Positions 31,641 through 41,895 of a DNA stretch of 64,000 bases are shown here, piece after piece (position 1 is the first letter of the stretch; the number at the start of each line of letters is the position of its first letter). Location: IMG/VR virus record IMGVR_UViG_3300007171_000004, positions 236,537 through 300,536 of that record, one strand, 5' to 3'. The DNA comes from a virus. Its lineage: Duplodnaviria; Caudoviricetes. The notes beneath the pieces were generated by a model. That model worked only from the letters and a program-made list of their open reading frames with translations, did no database searches and had not been told where the DNA came from. Both the position numbers and the translations under genes were made by a program.

Positions 31641-32609
31641 TTATCTTACTGGAAAACCAGCCTGGTCTAGAATCTGTTGTCCTGTTGGGTAATAACTCTT
31701 ACCCCAGAGGAAGTTGTTTGGATTAATAGTTGCTTCAAAACGATGAAACTTTGCATGTCCATCAGCAAATACATAATTAGAACCACCTGTATGACGACCT
31801 GGCTCCATGAACCGAATATGCAGTCCGCCATCAGCTGCAACGGATCTACATCCACCAGTACCATTTTGTGCACTAGAATCAGATGGTCCACCCCAGCCCT
31901 CAGCTCCTTCTGCAGCAGCCTTAGTAATAGCAAAGATTGATCCTGACGCATCCGCAAAACTTTGTCCTGCCCATTGACCGCCAGAAACTGTACGCATTAT
32001 GGCATTTGTTGGTCGGTGAGACTTGTTTCTTCGTTCAGTATTGAGTTGGCCAGTTGAACCTAAAAAGATACAATTTAAGTGATTAGTTGCTTCTGCAATG
32101 GCAATAACATCAGCTGGAGCATCAATTGCAGCGATAGGAACAACGTTTGGAGCATCTTGAGGGCCACGCTTACGAGGAAGAACAGCCGAATTAGGAACAT
32201 AGGAAAGACGAGGAACCTGAGCTTCGCATCCAAGGGTATTTACATCTGTCCAAGGCATACAAGGAGGATTGTCTGGACCTACTCCACCGTTCTTATCAGA
32301 TGGACATACCCAAACTTTGTCACTCTTGATATATGGCTGTACCATTGCAGAATAATGAATATATCCACCAGCTGATCCGCCATTAGTCGTTGCGGTGTTG
32401 TTCTTGTACATGTATGCAGTCGGATAGGTTTCATCATAATCCTGAGTGTACATCATAAGACCAATTCCAATTTGCTTCTCATTCGACAAACAACTTGCCG
32501 ATCGGGCCTTCTCACGAGCCTGGGCAAACACTGGGAAGAGGATAGCTGCCAAAATCGCAATAATAGCAATGACAACTAAGAGTTCAATTAAAGTAAAAGC
32601 TTTTTTCAT
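31641..32609 (-). CDS. Prepilin-type N-terminal cleavage/methylation protein with DUF1559-like and H-X9-DG domains
   Basis: [51 protein letters not shown]; [16 protein letters not shown]. Confidence 0.92.
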   Translation of the reverse strand: MKKAFTLIELLVVIAIIAILAAILFPVFAQAREKARSASCLSNEKQIGIGLMMYTQDYDETYPTAYMYKNNTATTNGGSAGGYIHYSAMVQPYIKSDKVWVCPSDKNGGVGPDNPPCMPWTDVNTLGCEAQVPRLSYVPNSAVLPRKRGPQDAPNVVPIAAIDAPADVIAIAEATNHLNCIFLGSTGQLNTERRNKSHRPTNAIMRTVSGGQWAGQSFADASGSIFAITKAAAEGAEGWGGPSDSSAQNGTGGCRSVAADGGLHIRFMEPGRHTGGSNYVFADGHAKFHRFEATINPNNFLWGKSYYPTGQQILDQAGFPVR

Positions 32610-32732
32610 ATTTTTTGACCTTTCGCTTTGCGCTAATATAATATTCCACGTAAATAATCATAAAATATTAAGTGATTGTTAAGAAACTTATTTTTGCAAG
32701 AACTATTCAAAAATTTCTTAAAAATTATAACT

Positions 32733-33341
32733 ATGTGGCATATAATCGACTATATTCAATTAAAACTAAAAGGCTATAAAGCTATCGGCCATGTTAGATA
32801 TAAAAATGAATCTATGGCCCCAAATGAATGGAAAAGATCATTATGGGATAGGTTAAAACACAATGATCTTTTTTCTCCAATAAATATAAATTCAGAAGAG
32901 CATAAGAAAGAATTTAGAGTATTTATTCAAGGCAAAGTTATTATAGTTGCAGTTAACATTTTTCTTTTCTCTTTCATATACTCGTTTGCAAAAGACTCAT
33001 ATACAATCTTAAAAGCTAAATATAACCTCTATAAAATCGAAAGTATAGATTTTAATAAAGAAATTCCAAAAGATTTAGCAACATCATATAACTGGAAAAA
33101 ATTTAAAAGAGATCAATATTTAAAATCTAATGAAATAGATAAATATACACAATCAAATAAAGAGATAATTGAAATAGATAGATGGATAGAATATTCCAGA
33201 GAGAAATCTAAAAAAGATTATTTTGAATACAATTATGATCTAATAAAAAGCAATTTGTTTTCTTTTGGTAATAATCTACTTATAATATATATGATTTCTA
33301 AATATTACTGGAAAAGAAATAAAAAGCGAAATACAGAATAA
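32733..33341 (+). CDS. Membrane protein
   Basis: Two hydrophobic segments; start moved to ATG 32733. Confidence 0.6.
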   Translation: MWHIIDYIQLKLKGYKAIGHVRYKNESMAPNEWKRSLWDRLKHNDLFSPININSEEHKKEFRVFIQGKVIIVAVNIFLFSFIYSFAKDSYTILKAKYNLYKIESIDFNKEIPKDLATSYNWKKFKRDQYLKSNEIDKYTQSNKEIIEIDRWIEYSREKSKKDYFEYNYDLIKSNLFSFGNNLLIIYMISKYYWKRNKKRNTE

Positions 33342-33348
33342 AAACATT

Positions 33349-33708
33349 ATGAAAAGATATGCTGACAAATTTCAAGATCAATTGCAAAATATGATCAATA
33401 TTCTCGACCAATTCAATTCTCTTTATTCTGAAACAAGTAGATATGGAAATAAAGATGTTTCTGCATTAGATGCTCAAGCAGAAATGTTACAATCTGAATT
33501 TTCAAGATTAATGAGATTATATATTGAAAGCAAATCTGGAGAAGTTACAAGAAGATATTTAGATAGAGTAGATAGAGCTGATACACCAGGGCAATTAGAT
33601 AGAATTAAAAGAAAAATGCAAACTGAAAAATTCCCTGTAGATCAAGAAGCTGTATTAAATGCCATATCTGAAAAACTTAAATCAAGAGGATATGATGATG
33701 TGGTATAA
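33349..33708 (+). CDS. Hypothetical protein
   Basis: 119-aa helical ORF. Confidence 0.65.
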   Translation: MKRYADKFQDQLQNMINILDQFNSLYSETSRYGNKDVSALDAQAEMLQSEFSRLMRLYIESKSGEVTRRYLDRVDRADTPGQLDRIKRKMQTEKFPVDQEAVLNAISEKLKSRGYDDVV

Positions 33709-34261
33709 ACTTGCTGCTATAAGAGTCAATGACCAAGAAGTTCCAGAAGAAGATTTCCTTAAAAAATTTATCAATGTTGCTACTAATGTTAATAAACAAC
33801 ATTATTGGATAGTTAATGGCGAAAAGTATGCTCCACCAGAAAACTATGGACATAACTACACTGCCATGATGCTTAAATTACAACATGGTGTCTATCCAAA
33901 TGATCCAGATTTTAATGAAACACCTATTGAATTTGTTGGAAGAGGAATTGGGAGCATGGCTAATGGCGGAACAATAAGAGTTAGCCAGATGTTAGATGAT
34001 GCTGATCTTTCTATATATGGACCTGTCAGCGATAATACTCTTGAAAACATACTAAAATTTATATCCCCAGACTGTATAGGTCAATGGGAAATTCTTAATG
34101 TTGCTGGAAACCCAAATGGAAGAGGATTTGATTCTCTTAAACAAACAATCCAGAATCTTACATTAGGACTTAATCAAAACACAAAAGAAGAAATTGACAC
34201 TGCTCCTATCAAAAGAGTTGACAACACTCCATCATTTTATAAAGGCAGATCTGGAGACTAA
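33698..34261 (+). CDS. MWY-leader protein with C-terminal GRxGD tag
   Basis: Starts MWYKLAA; ends PSFYKGRSGD. Confidence 0.7.
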   Translation: MWYKLAAIRVNDQEVPEEDFLKKFINVATNVNKQHYWIVNGEKYAPPENYGHNYTAMMLKLQHGVYPNDPDFNETPIEFVGRGIGSMANGGTIRVSQMLDDADLSIYGPVSDNTLENILKFISPDCIGQWEILNVAGNPNGRGFDSLKQTIQNLTLGLNQNTKEEIDTAPIKRVDNTPSFYKGRSGD

Positions 34262-34285
34262 TTTTAGCCTCAAAATCATCTAATT

Positions 34286-34654
34286 TCACTCAGTTACACA
34301 ATAAGATATACAAACAGTTGGCTCCCAGAAAGATTGCAAATATCGTACCTTTACAGAATTAACATATCTAGTAGTGTCATTAGGAACAATTTTTGCTCTT
34401 ACTAATAAATCTACAATAGGTTTTATCAAATTGTCAGAGTCGTGTTTCATCTTCCAATTCATATCTGCCATAACTAAAATTTCTACATCAACTGGAAATG
34501 AATCAGCTGGCAACATAGATTCAACAATTATTGGTAAATTCTTATCTATCCATTCTCTATATTTTTTACTTTTAATTAATTTGCCATAAGCTACTGGAGT
34601 GTACATCTTATTTGCTGAAAATGGATGTGTAATAGTACAATACTTCTTAAGCAT
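34286..34654 (-). CDS. Second RusA-like resolvase
   Basis: PFSANKMY, KHDSDNLIKPIVDLLVRAKIVPNDT. Confidence 0.75.
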   Translation of the reverse strand: MLKKYCTITHPFSANKMYTPVAYGKLIKSKKYREWIDKNLPIIVESMLPADSFPVDVEILVMADMNWKMKHDSDNLIKPIVDLLVRAKIVPNDTTRYVNSVKVRYLQSFWEPTVCISYCVTE

Positions 34655-34702
34655 ATATTTCTTTTACAGGGATATAGGAGTAAAATCGGTAAAATTAAAA
34701 TC

Positions 34703-36388
34703 ATGTGGTATCGAATATCTAATCAATTACAATTACCTGAAACTGATGTCCCTCAAAATCCTGTAGAACCAGAAGTCCAGGAAGAAGAGCAAGAGCAACC
34801 TCAGCTTTTAGAAACAGAAAAACCAACGCAAAGCTTATTTTTTAGTGAATGGGCTAAGGATCATTATGTTCCAACTCAACCTGTTTATCATGGGACGACT
34901 CACGACTTTGACGAATTTCAAATTATCAACACTGGAGATAATTCTTTAGGTGATGGTTTCTATTTCACTAGTGAAGACAAAGAAGCTGAAAAATTCTATA
35001 CAGGAAAAGGCGGAGATCAACTGCGACAAATTGATCGAATCGCCACAGATTTTGCTGATTCATATTATGGCAACGATGATGAACTATTTGAATTGTTTGG
35101 TGATAAATATCCAGAATGTTTCCAAGATGGCGAAGTTAAAGATGCTTATGAATTAGGTGAAAAAATTGGATCTGATCGAATTCTTGGAGGAAAACCTAAA
35201 GTAATTCCAGCTCATATTAGAATGAAAAATCCATTTGTCTTAACTCAAATGAATCCTAACTTTCCTTACAGCCCAACTATGTTTTATGATGATTTCCAAG
35301 AAGAAGAAATTCCAGAAGCTGATGGGGATGATGGATATGACCCTGAAAATAATGAATCGCCAGAAAAATTAATTATTGAAAAAGATGGAGAGAAAAAATA
35401 TTCTTTCAAAACATTAATTCACAAACTCTATGATATTTTATTAGAATATTATGAAGATTATAATGCTTATGAATTTATTAACCAAGTAATATTAGATAAT
35501 GCAAACCCTGGTGCAGATATCAACGCAATGCATATTTTCCAATCTATAACAAATCAAACTGAATATTTCAAACATCAATATGAAGATGATTACCATAGCG
35601 AAATAGTAAAAAAACTTATGGAATCTTTAGGTTTTGACAGCATTATCCAAGACCCAAAGGCATTCTGGCCATCTAATGAATATGAACCAGGAACACAACA
35701 TTATTTCTTATGGAAGCCTGAGAACATTAAACACGCTAGAGAAAATATTGAATTTAATCCTGATAGCAGAAAAATTTATTCAGCCTATATGTTTAATCCA
35801 GAAGGTCAAGGTGTTTTAGATTTAGGCATCAAGCTAAAATATGACCCATCTAATTATGAAGCTAGAATTGAGAAAGAAAGAAATGACAAGAATTCTCACA
35901 TGCTAGATATTGGAGCTTATATTAAAGGTACAAATATCAAACTAGGACAGATTGATTTATTTTGTGATAAATCAGTTCCACCTGAAGAAAGATATGTAGA
36001 TGTTGAATTAGTTTTAGTCTATGATAATAATAAAAGTTTTAAACAACAACTAAGACAACAATATAATCCACTTGAAATAGATGAATTTAGTGGATCAAGA
36101 GTTAAATGGGGTATTGGAGAATTTCTTTATAACGCTGCAAGAAAATTGATCCAAGAAAAAATGCCTGAAGTGAAATATATTGCTGGTAATATTCATAGTA
36201 AAGAAGCATTCAAAGCAAGAAATAAAGCGTTCGGTGATCCTTTAGAAATAAAAGATGTTAATACAGACACTAATGTTTCTCAATTAGATGCTCAAAAACA
36301 AATTCCATATATGGTTTTTGATGAATATACAGAACAACCAGAATTTCGAACAGATGACGCATTTTGGGTAAAACATAATGTGGTATAA
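34703..36388 (+). CDS. MWY-leader protein: ADP-ribosyltransferase-like domain plus C-terminal GNAT-like domain
   Basis: VYHGTTHDFDEF, LGDGFYFT, PAHIRMKNPF, LGFDSII, YFLWKPENIK; KWGIGEFLY. Confidence 0.7.
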   Translation: MWYRISNQLQLPETDVPQNPVEPEVQEEEQEQPQLLETEKPTQSLFFSEWAKDHYVPTQPVYHGTTHDFDEFQIINTGDNSLGDGFYFTSEDKEAEKFYTGKGGDQLRQIDRIATDFADSYYGNDDELFELFGDKYPECFQDGEVKDAYELGEKIGSDRILGGKPKVIPAHIRMKNPFVLTQMNPNFPYSPTMFYDDFQEEEIPEADGDDGYDPENNESPEKLIIEKDGEKKYSFKTLIHKLYDILLEYYEDYNAYEFINQVILDNANPGADINAMHIFQSITNQTEYFKHQYEDDYHSEIVKKLMESLGFDSIIQDPKAFWPSNEYEPGTQHYFLWKPENIKHARENIEFNPDSRKIYSAYMFNPEGQGVLDLGIKLKYDPSNYEARIEKERNDKNSHMLDIGAYIKGTNIKLGQIDLFCDKSVPPEERYVDVELVLVYDNNKSFKQQLRQQYNPLEIDEFSGSRVKWGIGEFLYNAARKLIQEKMPEVKYIAGNIHSKEAFKARNKAFGDPLEIKDVNTDTNVSQLDAQKQIPYMVFDEYTEQPEFRTDDAFWVKHNVV

Positions 36389-37280
36389 ATTCGCTGCTCA
36401 AGGAATAATTCAACACCAAGTATCTGACCAAGAAATAGATGCGCTTGTAGATAGATCTCTTATTGACACTGGATCAACATATTTAATCAATCAATTCTCC
36501 CTAAGAGATGGATTGCTGGATTTATTCCCAAGCCTTAATAATGTCAAATTTCAAAGCCTACCTGATGAATTTGGACTCTATAATATCACAACTCAAGAAT
36601 TAATATTAGAAGATGAAATTGCAAAAGAAGATTTAGGCCTTTTTAAAACCAATTTACATCACGAACTTCAACATGTAGCAGATCCAAATCTTAAAAGAAA
36701 TCATGAATATATTAATAAAATAGCTGATGATGCAACTTTAGCTCTTATTATTGATATTCCTGAAGTTGATGAAGATACAGTTTTCCCAACATATGAAGAG
36801 ACTGTAAACAAAATTTTCCTCAAATACATGAATAGAAAACCAACAGAATATGACACTCCATTCTTAGACAAAATTAAAAATAAATATTCAGAAGAACAAT
36901 TCAATGATGTTATTAATAGAATTAAATCTGGAGATCATCCCTATTATAATTCTCCTATTGAAAAAGCAGCAAATTTAAAAGATTTCACAAGAATTTTCTC
37001 TGTAAGCAATCTATTAGGAATAAAAGATTTAATTTCTAAAAAACCATCATATACAATGGAAAAACATATCAAGGTTATTAGCGATATCTTAAGATCTCCA
37101 TCCTCAGATAAATTTAAAGCTGTACTTGGATTGTTAGAAATAAAATATCCAGAAGCTGAACAAACTATTGACCCTCTGTTTATCTTAAATGCCAACACAA
37201 GCCCAAAATATGAAAAGCAATTTAAAAAACAATTGGGAAATATTATCAACGAATTACAAGAATTATTAAAAGAGAACTAA
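36378..37280 (+). CDS. MWY-leader putative zinc metallopeptidase
   Basis: MWYKFAAQ; LHHELQHVAD, later Y..SPIEK. Confidence 0.65.
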   Translation: MWYKFAAQGIIQHQVSDQEIDALVDRSLIDTGSTYLINQFSLRDGLLDLFPSLNNVKFQSLPDEFGLYNITTQELILEDEIAKEDLGLFKTNLHHELQHVADPNLKRNHEYINKIADDATLALIIDIPEVDEDTVFPTYEETVNKIFLKYMNRKPTEYDTPFLDKIKNKYSEEQFNDVINRIKSGDHPYYNSPIEKAANLKDFTRIFSVSNLLGIKDLISKKPSYTMEKHIKVISDILRSPSSDKFKAVLGLLEIKYPEAEQTIDPLFILNANTSPKYEKQFKKQLGNIINELQELLKEN

Positions 37281-37281
37281 C

Positions 37282-37791
37282 ATGTGGTACAAAAAAGCAA
37301 TTCTTCTTACAGATATTGAAATCGAAATGGAACTTCTTCATAATGCAAAAACCACTGAAGATATACATAAGAATTACAGAAATCTATCTAAAAGACACCA
37401 CCCTGATGTAAATCCTGATCCAGACTCTACTAAAAATTTTCAAAACATTCAAAATATTTATGATGAAGTGAAAGATCAACCACTCTACTCAACTGAAGAT
37501 TTTACAAGCAGAGAAATGACAGAAGATGATGTTAGAGATAATATAGAACTTCAAGATAATTTTCTAAATACAGATGAAGAAGCACTTAAAATGGGCATAC
37601 TTCAATCTGTAGAAACATACTTCAATAATAATGTTCCAGATAATTATGACACACCTGATTTTGAAATGTATGAATCTTTAACCGAACAAATTTATAATCA
37701 AGTTAAAGATATTCAGCCAACACCATATGAAACAATTGCAAATCTAATTAATAATATGGCTGGAAACTACATTAGAGAAAATTATAGCTAA
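37282..37791 (+). CDS. MWY-leader J-domain (DnaJ-like) protein
   Basis: MWYKKA; YRNLSKRHHPDVN..FQNIQNIYDEV. Confidence 0.8.
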   Translation: MWYKKAILLTDIEIEMELLHNAKTTEDIHKNYRNLSKRHHPDVNPDPDSTKNFQNIQNIYDEVKDQPLYSTEDFTSREMTEDDVRDNIELQDNFLNTDEEALKMGILQSVETYFNNNVPDNYDTPDFEMYESLTEQIYNQVKDIQPTPYETIANLINNMAGNYIRENYS

Positions 37792-38009
37792 TTCTTCTTC
37801 AAACTCTTAGCATATTTTAACATACTATCCACCTGAGCTTTTGATGGAATTTCAGGACTGTCTCTTCTATACATGTCATAAATTGTTTTCCGAAGATCTT
37901 TTGTTTTAGGATTTTTAAACAATATTGCAGCAGGTTCGTGGCATCCAATACAACGTTCCTTATATTCAATCTTAGGATCTATTAACATTAAAAATAATAT
38001 TAACTCCAC
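37788..38009 (-). CDS. Putative small c-type cytochrome
   Basis: Hydrophobic N-terminus, CIGCH heme motif, distal Met. Confidence 0.55.
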   Translation of the reverse strand: MELILFLMLIDPKIEYKERCIGCHEPAAILFKNPKTKDLRKTIYDMYRRDSPEIPSKAQVDSMLKYAKSLKKN

Positions 38010-38605
38010 TGAACATCACACTCTTCTCTAATACAAAAATCTGCCAAAGCTTCTAACTGTAATAACTTACCCTCAATATAATTTACATCAATTCCGCCAC
38101 CGTATGTTCTGGGGCCGTCTTCATCAGGTCTAGTGAATTCTTCTAATATCCTAGAACCTTTAACACTTTCAATTTTCCTCAGTAATGCTAAAGGCGAAAT
38201 AGAACCCACATCATCACTATTATCTATATTCAACAACTGGAAAATTGTGCGGGCATTCATATTTGACAATTGAACAGTATAAGAATCAGAAGGCATATGG
38301 GCAATACAACTTAAACTCATTACAACTTTACCATTTTTAACAATATTAAATTCTGGAAAAGCACCACCCTCATCCATTACCAGATTACCAAACTGCCTGT
38401 ACTCAGAAATCCAAAATGATAAAGGCTGATAACCATTCTTCTGTACATATTTATAAAAATAATAAGCCATATCATCATCATATTTATCAGCTAAGATTTT
38501 TCTTAAAGAACCATCAGGATCTTCATAAATACGTTCATGACAAAATTCATACAGGGTGTCATCATTAACTTCTTTGCGCAAATTAGCACTAAATTCAATA
38601 CTCAT
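38000..38605 (-). CDS. Hypothetical protein
   Basis: 201-aa ORF. Confidence 0.7.
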   Translation of the reverse strand: MSIEFSANLRKEVNDDTLYEFCHERIYEDPDGSLRKILADKYDDDMAYYFYKYVQKNGYQPLSFWISEYRQFGNLVMDEGGAFPEFNIVKNGKVVMSLSCIAHMPSDSYTVQLSNMNARTIFQLLNIDNSDDVGSISPLALLRKIESVKGSRILEEFTRPDEDGPRTYGGGIDVNYIEGKLLQLEALADFCIREECDVQWS

Positions 38606-38703
38606 AATACTTTTTTTATAAAATTAATGTTAAAAATACCTTCAAGAGGATTTTTTAAAGATATTCAGTAAAAATATGTTAATACCTCAAAAAGTAAAAC
38701 ATT

Positions 38704-39381
38704 ATGAATAAAAGACAAATCCTAGCATCATTAAATAATATAGCTTCCACACTTGATAAATTAAATTTATTTCAAGAAGCTGATTCAATCACTCTAGTAA
38801 TGAATAGATTGGCATCATCTGAATCAGATTATGATCAAAGGAGAAAGTATCAAGAACTTTTTGATCAAAAATCTTTGTCAGAATTATTAAATGACTTAAA
38901 AAAAGTAATAGATGACATTAATATCAAATTAGAAAATGATGCAAAGACAAATTTAGAAAATAAATTCAAAAAATTTAAATTAAATAATCCTGAAGCTACA
39001 TATGAAGATTTTCAAAAAGCAAGTGTATTTAATAGACCAAGAATAGAATATAAAAATCCTATTGATGAACTTGTAGCAAAATACGATATAAATGATAACT
39101 CAAGCGTAAATCAATTTAATCAATTTGAAAGCGAATTAATGAAAGAAATTGGTAGAGGCTTTTATAGCTTTCCTTTTGAAGTTGATGGCCTGAGTTTTGA
39201 TGGTACTAAATATAATTTAACTTTTCTATTTGACATGATTAGAAAAAAATTAAGAAATAATCCTGAAGTATTACCATTCAATAATGTACCTCTTCCGCCA
39301 ACTGAAGGAGAAGATTCAGAAGAAGATGTTTCGAATTTATTAGAATGGGCTAGAAATCCTTATGAAAAGAGAACATTATGA
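38704..39381 (+). CDS. MNKRQ-leader protein
   Basis: MNKRQILASLNNIASTLDKLNLFQEADSIT. Confidence 0.75.
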   Translation: MNKRQILASLNNIASTLDKLNLFQEADSITLVMNRLASSESDYDQRRKYQELFDQKSLSELLNDLKKVIDDINIKLENDAKTNLENKFKKFKLNNPEATYEDFQKASVFNRPRIEYKNPIDELVAKYDINDNSSVNQFNQFESELMKEIGRGFYSFPFEVDGLSFDGTKYNLTFLFDMIRKKLRNNPEVLPFNNVPLPPTEGEDSEEDVSNLLEWARNPYEKRTL

Positions 39382-39899
39382 ATAAAAGACAAATTATTGC
39401 TTCATTAAATAATATTGCTAATGAACTGGATAATAATTATTTATATAAAGAAGCTAACACTCTCACTAATATTATGATTAAAGTGGCAGATGAATTTAAT
39501 ATCGAACCAAATTCTCAACCTGTAAACAATTCGCCAGAACAATCAAATAATATTCAACAAAATCAACCTCAGCCTTTTATTAAATTTGATCTTCTTACAA
39601 CAAAAGGAAATAGTCAATCCTTTACTAAAACAGAGGGATTTACGATTGGAAGACAGGGCGATATAGTAACTCCACCCGAAATCAATACAGTTTCAAGACA
39701 ACATTGTCACATAACAAGAAATAGATATGGGAAATGGGCAGTATATGACCTTGGTAGTAAAGCTGGCACAAAACTTAATAGAAATCAATTATCACCAAGG
39801 GTAGGGCAAGAATTAGAAATTCATGATGGTATATTTCTAGATCCTTGGGTTGTAATTGAAATCATGGATATGTATCCTCTTCCAAGTGAAAAAGAATAA
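39378..39899 (+). CDS. MNKRQ-leader FHA-domain protein
   Basis: FTIGR, VSRQH, DLGSKAGTKLN. Confidence 0.85.
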   Translation: MNKRQIIASLNNIANELDNNYLYKEANTLTNIMIKVADEFNIEPNSQPVNNSPEQSNNIQQNQPQPFIKFDLLTTKGNSQSFTKTEGFTIGRQGDIVTPPEINTVSRQHCHITRNRYGKWAVYDLGSKAGTKLNRNQLSPRVGQELEIHDGIFLDPWVVIEIMDMYPLPSEKE

Positions 39900-39915
39900 T
39901 AAAGAAAGAAAGCAA

Positions 39916-40476
39916 ATGAATAAAAGACAAATTTTAGCATCCCTTAATAAGATTGCAAATACATTAGATAATACTGGAATGTATGTTGAAGCTAATTCTG
40001 TAACTAAAGTAATGACAAGATTAGCAGATGAATTTAATATCGAAACCCCAGCTGATGAAAGAGAAAATAAGAGACAAAGAATTATCACTGAAGCTTTAAA
40101 TACTCAAGTCAGAAAAGATAATTTGCCTAAAACAATGCAATATTATATACCTGGTGGACCTTTACTTACTATGAAAGAAATTGCAGATGCTATAATTGAG
40201 AAGGCAGATAGAGATGCAGATGCTCTTATTGCTATGCTTAATCGAGGAAAAATGGGTACTGAAGTAATTGTGCAAAATTCTTTAAAAATGTTGAGTAGTT
40301 TCAAAGAGCAATTATTAGATGTATTTAAAATGTATGGTATTCCTTCTGCTCCAGTTTTTTATTATATTGACCAAGCACATAAACCAATTATTGCAAAGTT
40401 AAATCAAAAAATCAAAGAATACAACGAATACCATGATGAAGATTTGTTTAAAGATGAAGAAAATAATCCTACCTAA
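39916..40476 (+). CDS. MNKRQ-leader protein
   Basis: MNKRQILASLNKIANTLDNTGMYVEANSVT; start moved to 39916. Confidence 0.75.
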   Translation: MNKRQILASLNKIANTLDNTGMYVEANSVTKVMTRLADEFNIETPADERENKRQRIITEALNTQVRKDNLPKTMQYYIPGGPLLTMKEIADAIIEKADRDADALIAMLNRGKMGTEVIVQNSLKMLSSFKEQLLDVFKMYGIPSAPVFYYIDQAHKPIIAKLNQKIKEYNEYHDEDLFKDEENNPT

Positions 40477-40708
40477 GATTATTCATAAAAGCATCCAATA
40501 ATCTACAAATCATAATAAAACTAAACATAATATTAGAAAGATATAACCAAGCTAATTTATAACTCTTGCGATTCTCAATATGATATCGCCAGAAATAATA
40601 ACCACAAATCCATAAACAAATTAAATACAATAATAATGATAAACCAAACTCAGATGTATAAGCAAAAAAAGAAAAAGCTAACATCTGAAAAATAAATATT
40701 AAAGACAT
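40469..40708 (-). CDS. Small membrane protein
   Basis: Three hydrophobic segments. Confidence 0.5.
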   Translation of the reverse strand: MSLIFIFQMLAFSFFAYTSEFGLSLLLYLICLWICGYYFWRYHIENRKSYKLAWLYLSNIMFSFIMICRLLDAFMNNLR

Positions 40709-40770
40709 ACAAATATTATAAAAGAAGAAAGAGAGATCTAAAGATCTCTCTTTTTATTTATTAACCTAAA

Positions 40771-41787
40771 TTACACATGAGGAAACATTAACAATAACTT
40801 GCTTAAATTAAATGCTGCTCTATTTATTTTCATTTGGATCATTGTGGAATTATTTAAAAATTCCATCATACTATCATAATATTCTTTACTAATTCTTTTA
40901 CCTTTAAGAGCTGGAATAAGATCATGAGGATCAGTGTAAAGATTATCCACAATGTGTACTATATCAATATAAGAAAACTTACCACCAGGAAGTGATTTGA
41001 ATTTACTTTTCTTTTCATCCCTTAAGAAAAATTTTAAAGCATTTTCTCTAACTTCTTCATGACTTGCATCTGGATGGTCTTTAATATATTTCTCTACAAA
41101 ATTCACTACAATTTTATTCTTTGGATTTTTCTTTATCAAAAATTCTATATGAGGATTTACAACTTTTGTTTTTAATAAGTTTACACCCGACTTATGCTCA
41201 TCTTCTCTTGATTCTTCTAAAAAATACTCTACAGCAGATACACCCATGGATAAAGAAGGAATATCAATATGACTACGAAGATCTATATGCATTAAAAAAT
41301 TCAACATTTTAGAAATTGAATTAAATACTGCAAATAAATGAGTAGCTACACCATGCATACCACCAGAAGCTTTAAAATGCTCTTTAAATATTTTGACACG
41401 TAAAGACGAATCCTCAATACCCTCAAGCTGCTTACATACTTCCAATAAATTATATATGTCAGTAATTATACCCATTAAACTAAATTGCTTCTTGATTAAC
41501 AATTGAAGAGGCTTTTGTTGCTCAAAAATTTTAACAACATTAGATAAAATAGGAACTAATTCATGAGAAACTTTCAATATCGAATTAGAGAGATTTTTAA
41601 ATTTTTCAGAATCAGGATCTAAACCACCAAAATGATAAAGTTCATCTAATTTTTCTTTGCTGCCTTCTAAACCGGATAATAGTTTTTCAGGAACAATTTT
41701 AATTCTACCATCCCTTGACTCAACATCAGTCTCAGTAGAATTAAATCCAGATAAGTTTGATAAATTTATTGCAATTCTATACCACAT
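40771..41787 (-). CDS. MWY-leader hypothetical protein
   Basis: Starts MWYRIA; terminator hairpin at 40730-40755. Confidence 0.7.
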   Translation of the reverse strand: MWYRIAINLSNLSGFNSTETDVESRDGRIKIVPEKLLSGLEGSKEKLDELYHFGGLDPDSEKFKNLSNSILKVSHELVPILSNVVKIFEQQKPLQLLIKKQFSLMGIITDIYNLLEVCKQLEGIEDSSLRVKIFKEHFKASGGMHGVATHLFAVFNSISKMLNFLMHIDLRSHIDIPSLSMGVSAVEYFLEESREDEHKSGVNLLKTKVVNPHIEFLIKKNPKNKIVVNFVEKYIKDHPDASHEEVRENALKFFLRDEKKSKFKSLPGGKFSYIDIVHIVDNLYTDPHDLIPALKGKRISKEYYDSMMEFLNNSTMIQMKINRAAFNLSKLLLMFPHV

Positions 41788-41895
41788 AAATACATAATTC
41801 TATATATTAAATATCAATCCCTAAATAATAAGATAAAAGGACTTAAATGCTTATAAAAGAATTAATATAATAAGATCTACATAGGGATTAACAAT

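Noticed and set aside
32733-33341. Membership of the MWHII start in the MWY leader family
   Set aside because: Lacks Y-(K/R)-x-A and encodes a membrane protein
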